Shown: one piece after another, positions 58,812 through 64,000 of the stretch
Layout of the letters: each line of letters opens with the position of its first letter
Position numbering within the stretch: position 1 is the stretch's first letter
NCBI GenBank assembly: GCA_963813155.1
Contig: CAWEYG010000003.1
Location: 64,001 to 128,000, forward strand
Direction of reading: 5' to 3'
From: an uncultured Acidobacteriota bacterium
GTDB lineage: Bacteria > Acidobacteriota > Thermoanaerobaculia > UBA5066 > DATFVB01
Length of the DNA: 64,000 bases
Translations under genes and position numbers: made by a program
Notes under the pieces: model-generated
Seen by the model: only the letters and a program-made list of their open reading frames with translations
Told to the model about the DNA's origin: nothing
The model's database searches: none

Positions 58812-59318
58812 GTGAAGTTTTTCCGTGCCTGTTCGTGGATCCTGCCCACCGCCTTCCTTGCCGCCGCCTTCACGTTCCTCCTGACGCACGGTCCGGCGGA
58901 CCCCGCGCTCGCCGTTTACCCGTTCTTCCGCGACTGGATCGGCCCGGAGCGCCTGCCGAGGTCGGCGGAGGTCGGGTTTTTCCTCGAGTCGGGAGTCCTG
59001 TTTCTGTTTCCCTACGGGTTCCTGCTCGCCTTCGTCCTGCTCGTCACGGTCGCGGAGCGCGCGGTTTTCGGAAGAGCGGCGGAGGGAGCGGCCGGACCCT
59101 TCCACACGACGTTCGTCCGGATCTACGTCGTCCTGATCGTCGCGGGAGCCGCCGCCCTCGGAGCGTCGACCGGGCTACTCCGGCGAAAGCTCGGGGGCGA
59201 TACCCAGGTGGGGGCCATCGCGGTGGCGGCGGCCCCTTTCCTGTCGAGCCTTCTCGCGGCCGCGCCCGCCTTCGTCCTCGCCGTTCCGGTGACCGGGTTC
59301 CTGAGGATGCGCGAATGA
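58812..59318 (+). CDS. Hypothetical membrane protein (about 4 TM)
   Basis: Hydrophobic segments; ATGA coupling to guaA. Confidence 0.6.
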   Translation: MKFFRACSWILPTAFLAAAFTFLLTHGPADPALAVYPFFRDWIGPERLPRSAEVGFFLESGVLFLFPYGFLLAFVLLVTVAERAVFGRAAEGAAGPFHTTFVRIYVVLIVAGAAALGASTGLLRRKLGGDTQVGAIAVAAAPFLSSLLAAAPAFVLAVPVTGFLRMRE

Positions 59319-60856
59319 CTTCGCCGCACGACTCCGTCGTCATCCTCGATTTCGGCTCGCAGTACACGCAGTTGATCGCCCGCCGGGTGCGGGAGGCGAA
59401 GGTGTTCTCCGTGGTGCTCGGCCCCGACGCTTCGCGGGACGAAATCGAGCGTTGCCGCCCGATCGGCCTGATTCTCTCGGGCGGCCCGCAGAGCGTGTAC
59501 GAGCCCGGCTCGCCGAAGCCGTCGTTCGACCTGCTCCAGATGAACCTTCCCGTTCTGGGCGTCTGTTACGGAATGGACATCCTCGCCCAGGCTCTCGGCG
59601 GCGACGTGCGGAAGGCGCCGGGACGCGAGTACGGCCGCGCCTCCTTCGAGCCGTCTCCGGGGTCTCCGCTGTTCGCGGGCCTCTCGGGGAAGGAGACGGT
59701 CTGGATGTCGCACGGCGACCTCGTGGCCGCGGCTCCCGGCGGATTCGAGGTGTCCGGCCGCACCGAGTCCGCGCCGATCGCGGCGTTCGAGAACGAGAAG
59801 AGAAAGATCTTCGCGATCCAGTTTCACCCCGAGGTCCGGCACACGGAAAACGGGGCGCTCGTTCTGGAGAACTTCCTGTTCCGGATCTGCGGCGCGAAGC
59901 CGGACTGGACGATGAGCTCGTTCCGCGAGGAAAAGATCGCCGAGATCCGCCGCCGGGCGCCGGCGGGCCGCGTGATCTGTGCTCTCTCGGGAGGGGTCGA
60001 CTCCTCCGTGACGGCCGTCCTGCTCCGGGAGGCCCTCGGGGACCGGGTTCTCCCGATTTTCGTCGACCACGGATTGCTTCGAAAGAAAGAGCGCGAGCGG
60101 GTCGCGGCAGCTTTCGAGCGCTTCGGGCTCGCCATCGACGTCGTGGACGCCTCCGCCCTGTTTTTCGAGCGCCTCCGCGGCGTGACGGACCCCGAGAAAA
60201 AGCGCAAGACGATCGGCGCGGCGTTCATCGAAGTCTTCGAGGCGGAAGCGAAGAAGTTTCCGGACGTTCGCTATCTCGCGCAGGGAACTCTGTACCCCGA
60301 CGTCATCGAGTCGGTGTCGCTGAAGGGGCCCTCGCAGGTCATCAAGTCTCACCACAACGTGGGCGGGCTCCCCGAGCGGCTCGGCCTCGAGCTCATCGAG
60401 CCGGTTCGGGAGCTGTTCAAGGACGAGGTTCGCGCCCTCGGGGCGGAGCTCGGCCTGCCGAAACAGTTCCTTTCGCGGCACCCGTTTCCCGGGCCCGGCC
60501 TCGCCGTTCGAATCCCGGGCGAGGTGACGCCCGACCGGGTCGCGATCCTCCAGGAAGCCGACGAGATCCTGATCGACGAAATCCGCTCTGCCGGGCTCTA
60601 TGACGCGATTTCGCAGGCCTTCGCCGTCCTCCTGCCCGTCAAGACGGTCGGCGTGATGGGAGACGAGCGCACGTACGAGAACGTGCTCGCGATCCGCTGC
60701 GTTCAGACGTCCGACTTCATGACGGCGGACTGGTTCCGCCTTCCGCACAGTGTCCTCGACTCGATCGCGAGCCGAATCGTGGGCTCCGTTCGCGGCATCA
60801 ACCGGGTGGTGTACGACGTCACCTCGAAGCCTCCCGGTACCATCGAGTGGGAATGA
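59315..60856 (+). CDS. guaA: GMP synthase (glutamine-hydrolysing)
   Basis: LDFGSQYTQLI, QFHPEV, SGGVDS, IKSHHNVGG and KPPGTIEWE motifs. Confidence 0.97.
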   Translation: MTSPHDSVVILDFGSQYTQLIARRVREAKVFSVVLGPDASRDEIERCRPIGLILSGGPQSVYEPGSPKPSFDLLQMNLPVLGVCYGMDILAQALGGDVRKAPGREYGRASFEPSPGSPLFAGLSGKETVWMSHGDLVAAAPGGFEVSGRTESAPIAAFENEKRKIFAIQFHPEVRHTENGALVLENFLFRICGAKPDWTMSSFREEKIAEIRRRAPAGRVICALSGGVDSSVTAVLLREALGDRVLPIFVDHGLLRKKERERVAAAFERFGLAIDVVDASALFFERLRGVTDPEKKRKTIGAAFIEVFEAEAKKFPDVRYLAQGTLYPDVIESVSLKGPSQVIKSHHNVGGLPERLGLELIEPVRELFKDEVRALGAELGLPKQFLSRHPFPGPGLAVRIPGEVTPDRVAILQEADEILIDEIRSAGLYDAISQAFAVLLPVKTVGVMGDERTYENVLAIRCVQTSDFMTADWFRLPHSVLDSIASRIVGSVRGINRVVYDVTSKPPGTIEWE

Positions 60857-61362
60857 AGAATCCCGAGCAGCGCGGGTCTTCGCGCCGGTTTCTGCTGCTG
60901 TTCGGGCTCTTTCTTCTCGTTTTCTACTTCCTCCTGGCGGCTCGCCCCGTCGACGCTCACGTGGTCGTGCCTTTCACGGCCGCCATCGCCAGAGTCTCCG
61001 GCTCGCTGCTCCGTCTCCTTGGCGAGAGCGTGACGGTGTCGGGTACCGTCATTTCGTCGAAGACGTTCTCCGTGAACATCGAGAACGGCTGCAACGGCGT
61101 CGAGACGGCTCTTCTGCTGGCGGCGGCGATCCTCGCCTTCCCGGCCGGCTGGGGAGCGCGCGCTGCCGGATTTATTGCCGGGTTCGCCGCCGTGCAGGTC
61201 GTGAACCTCGTCCGGGTCGCGTCTCTCTTCTGGATCGGCGTCCACCGGCCCTCCCTCTTCGGTTCGGCGCACACGCTCGTCTGGCAGACCGCCGTCGTCC
61301 TGTTCGGCGTGGGTTTTTTCGTCGTTTGGGCCAACCGTGTCGCGAAGCGCCGCACCGCTTAG
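60853..61362 (+). CDS. xrtH: Exosortase H (IPTL-CTERM-type exosortase)
   Basis: IENGCNGVE catalytic Cys, NLVR Arg and AHTLVWQ His. Confidence 0.85.
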   Translation: MKNPEQRGSSRRFLLLFGLFLLVFYFLLAARPVDAHVVVPFTAAIARVSGSLLRLLGESVTVSGTVISSKTFSVNIENGCNGVETALLLAAAILAFPAGWGARAAGFIAGFAAVQVVNLVRVASLFWIGVHRPSLFGSAHTLVWQTAVVLFGVGFFVVWANRVAKRRTA

Positions 61363-61885
61363 GACGCTCGCAAAGGCGACCGCCGGGTTCCTCTGCGGGG
61401 CGTCGATGTGGCTGCTCCTCGCGGGGCCGTACCACGCCGCGGTGGCGGCGCCCGCGCAGTTCCTGATCCGCGCGTTCGAGTCGCCCGCGGTGACGAACCT
61501 TCGCGCGGAGGGGTCCGAGGTCGTCGTCGATCGGTCGGACTTTCCGCCGGCCTCCCCGCGTCCGGGAATCCCGGCTTCCGATCTCGACTTCAACATTGCC
61601 ATTCTGACCGCGCTGTTCGCAACCGCCGCGCGACCCCTGTCCGATCGGGGATTCGGAAGACTCCTTCTAGCCGGGTCGATCCTCTACCTTTCGCATGTCG
61701 CCGCTCTCGTCTGCGGCGTCGAGTCGCTCTATGCGTTCGACTTGGGCGAATGGAGCGCCGCTCACTACGGCCCGGTCGCTCGCAACATCTGGGCCACGGG
61801 ATCTCACTTCTATCGGATCGCCGGGATCTTCGCGATTCCCTTTGCGCTCTGGTGGGCTCTCGGGGCGGCCCGTCGTCGCCCCTGA
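61337..61885 (+). CDS. Exosortase-associated membrane protein
   Basis: Multi-TM protein overlapping xrtH; C-terminal PFALWW. Confidence 0.6.
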   Translation: MSRSAAPLRTLAKATAGFLCGASMWLLLAGPYHAAVAAPAQFLIRAFESPAVTNLRAEGSEVVVDRSDFPPASPRPGIPASDLDFNIAILTALFATAARPLSDRGFGRLLLAGSILYLSHVAALVCGVESLYAFDLGEWSAAHYGPVARNIWATGSHFYRIAGIFAIPFALWWALGAARRRP

Positions 61886-61904
61886 TCACTTACAATCGGG
61901 CTCG

Positions 61905-64000
61905 ATGCCTTCGGATTTCGTTCATCTGCATCTCCACTCCCAGTATTCCCTTCTGGACGGCGCGAACCGCCTTTCGGAGCTCTGCTCGACGGTCGCGAAG
62001 CTCGGCCAGGGCGCGGTCGCGGTGACCGACCACGGCAACATGTTCGGCGCCCAGAACTTCTACCAGGAGGCGCTGCAGAAGGGAATCAAACCGATCTTCG
62101 GGGTGGAAGCGTACATTGCGCCGGGCGACCGCCAGGACCGGGAGATGCGCGCGGCGAGCGAATCGGGCGACGGTTACACCTACCACCTGACTCTTCTCGC
62201 GCGGAACGAAGCGGGCTACAAGAACCTCGTCAAGCTCGTGTCCGAAGCGTACATGACCGGCTTCTACCACCGCCCCCGGATGGACAAAGACCTCCTCCGG
62301 AAGCACGCGGACGGTTTGGTCGCGCTCTCCGGCTGTCTCAAGGGCGAAGTCGCCGGGGCCCTCGCGCGCGGCAATTTTCAGGCCGCGAAGAAGTCACTCC
62401 TGGAGCTGTCGGACATCTTCGGCAAGGAGAACGTCTACGTCGAACTGATGGACCACGGCCTCCCCGACCAGACGCGGATCCTTCCGGAGCTGCTGCGGCT
62501 GTCCTCCGAGACCGGAATTCCCGCCGTCGCGACGAACGACAGCCATTACCTCCAGAGGACCGACGCTTTCGCCCACGAGGTGCTGCTCTGCATCGGGATG
62601 GGGAAAACTCTCGAGGACGACCGCCGGATGCGGTTCTACAACGACGAGTTCTACGTCAAGGACGCCGATGAGATGAAGGCCCGCTTCGCGCCGTGGTCGG
62701 CGGAAGCGGTGACGAATTCCGCCGCCATCGCGGACCGCTGCCATGTGTCGTTCCCGAAGCCGGAGCTGCTGCTTCCGCGCTTCGACCCGCCCCCGGGGCA
62801 AACGGCGGCGCAGCACTTCCGCGAGCTCGCGCGGAAGGGGCTCGACCGGCGTCTCGAGACGATGAAGCCGCATTTCGATTCGGGCGCCATCAAGCGGCCC
62901 CGCGAGCAATACCTCCAGCGGATCGAGTACGAAATGGACGTCATCGAGAAAATGGGATTTCCGTCGTACTTCCTGATCGTCTCGGACTTCATCCGCCACG
63001 CCCGCGAGACCGGTATCGCCGTCGGCCCGGGACGGGGCAGCGCGGCGGGATCGATCGTGTCCTGGGCGCTCGAGATCACGGAAATCGATCCCCTTCGGTA
63101 CGACCTGCTGTTCGAGCGATTCCTCAATCCCGAGCGTATCTCGATGCCCGACATCGACATCGATTTCTGCCAGGCTCGGCGCGGCGAGGTCATCGAATAC
63201 GTGACGCGGAAATACGGCCGCGAAAACGTGGCCCAGATCGTCACCTTCTCGCTGCTGAAGCCGAAGGCCGCCGTTCGCGACGTGACCCGGGTGCTGGGGC
63301 TGCCCGTTTCCCTCGGGGACAAGATTTCCAAGGCCATTCCGGTAGGCCCCGATGTGACGTTCGAGTCGGCCTTGAAGGACTCCAACGACCTCAAGGCGCT
63401 TCTCAAGGGCGACGAGAACGCGAAGAAGGTCGTTCAAATCGCGACGCGCCTCGAGGGCCTCTCGCGCCACGCGGGAATGCACGCGGCCGGCGTCGTGATC
63501 GCGCCGAGCGCAATTACGGACTACGTTCCCCTGTACCGCACGGCGGACGACCAGATCACGACCCAGTTCGACATGGGCGTCGTCGAGAAGATGGGCCTGC
63601 TCAAGATCGATTTCCTCGGGCTCATCACTCTCGATATTCTCGGCGAAGCCGTGGAGTCGGTCCGGCGGACTCTCGGTCGGGAGATCGACCTGACGCACCT
63701 CCCTCTCAACGACGAGCCGACCTTCGAGCTCTTCCGGGAGGGAAAGACTGGTTGCGTCTTCCAGTTCGATTCTTCGGGAATGCGCGATCTGCTGCGGCGG
63801 GCGAAGCCGACCGTCTTCTCCGACCTCGCGGCTCTCAACGCCCTGTACCGGCCGGGAGCCCTCGACGCGGGAACGGTCGAAGACTACGTGCGCCGCCGCA
63901 GCGGCTCGGCGAAGGTGACGTATCCGTTGCCGGAGCTCAAGGAGATCCTCGAAGACACGCTCGGCATTCTCGTCTACCAGGAACAGGTGATGCGGATCGC
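61905..64000 (+). CDS. dnaE: DNA polymerase III alpha subunit, 3'-truncated by the window (absent from the ORF track)
   Basis: Manual translation MPSDFVHLHLHSQYSLLDGA, TDHGNMFG, GPGRGSAAGS, FERFLNPERISMPDIDIDF and GLLKIDFLGL. Confidence 0.96.
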   Translation, partial: MPSDFVHLHLHSQYSLLDGANRLSELCSTVAKLGQGAVAVTDHGNMFGAQNFYQEALQKGIKPIFGVEAYIAPGDRQDREMRAASESGDGYTYHLTLLARNEAGYKNLVKLVSEAYMTGFYHRPRMDKDLLRKHADGLVALSGCLKGEVAGALARGNFQAAKKSLLELSDIFGKENVYVELMDHGLPDQTRILPELLRLSSETGIPAVATNDSHYLQRTDAFAHEVLLCIGMGKTLEDDRRMRFYNDEFYVKDADEMKARFAPWSAEAVTNSAAIADRCHVSFPKPELLLPRFDPPPGQTAAQHFRELARKGLDRRLETMKPHFDSGAIKRPREQYLQRIEYEMDVIEKMGFPSYFLIVSDFIRHARETGIAVGPGRGSAAGSIVSWALEITEIDPLRYDLLFERFLNPERISMPDIDIDFCQARRGEVIEYVTRKYGRENVAQIVTFSLLKPKAAVRDVTRVLGLPVSLGDKISKAIPVGPDVTFESALKDSNDLKALLKGDENAKKVVQIATRLEGLSRHAGMHAAGVVIAPSAITDYVPLYRTADDQITTQFDMGVVEKMGLLKIDFLGLITLDILGEAVESVRRTLGREIDLTHLPLNDEPTFELFREGKTGCVFQFDSSGMRDLLRRAKPTVFSDLAALNALYRPGALDAGTVEDYVRRRSGSAKVTYPLPELKEILEDTLGILVYQEQVMRI

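Overview
High-GC bacterial chromosome segment, densely coding and mostly housekeeping. Gene style suggests Acidobacteriota, possibly Thermoanaerobaculia (inference from the GPYEI-type Ser/Thr kinases with beta-propellers, exosortase H and the TPR proteins). In order: the tail of a cbb3-oxidase maturation cluster; a homocysteine-methyltransferase/Coq4-like/QueC-like trio; icd-hemolysin-mutT-queG; an AI-2E transporter, methyltransferase and GT4 glycosyltransferase; a diguanylate cyclase and a Thr-rich lipoprotein; ffh-rpsP-khpA-rimM-trmD-rplS-rnhB with a large TPR protein; ABC ATPases and TolC; queA; pyrR-pyrB-pyrC; suhB, USP and MEMO; an Omp85 gene with a nucleoside salvage operon; an orphan DGQHR protein followed by two membrane Ser/Thr kinases and a YefM-YoeB pair; gdhA; an ECF sigma/anti-sigma locus; hbd, proS, maeB, a PP2C phosphatase, guaA, exosortase H and a truncated dnaE. 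At least six apparent single-base indels break or fuse genes, probably long-read consensus errors. Best leads: (1) the orphan DGQHR-kinase-kinase-TA block; (2) matching SigW-type promoters before the ECF sigma gene and before tolC; (3) widespread leaderless-type -10 elements just upstream of start codons; (4) a QueC-like PP-loop/Zn protein coupled to Coq4-like and methyltransferase genes. No rRNA, tRNA, CRISPR array or transposase was recognised.
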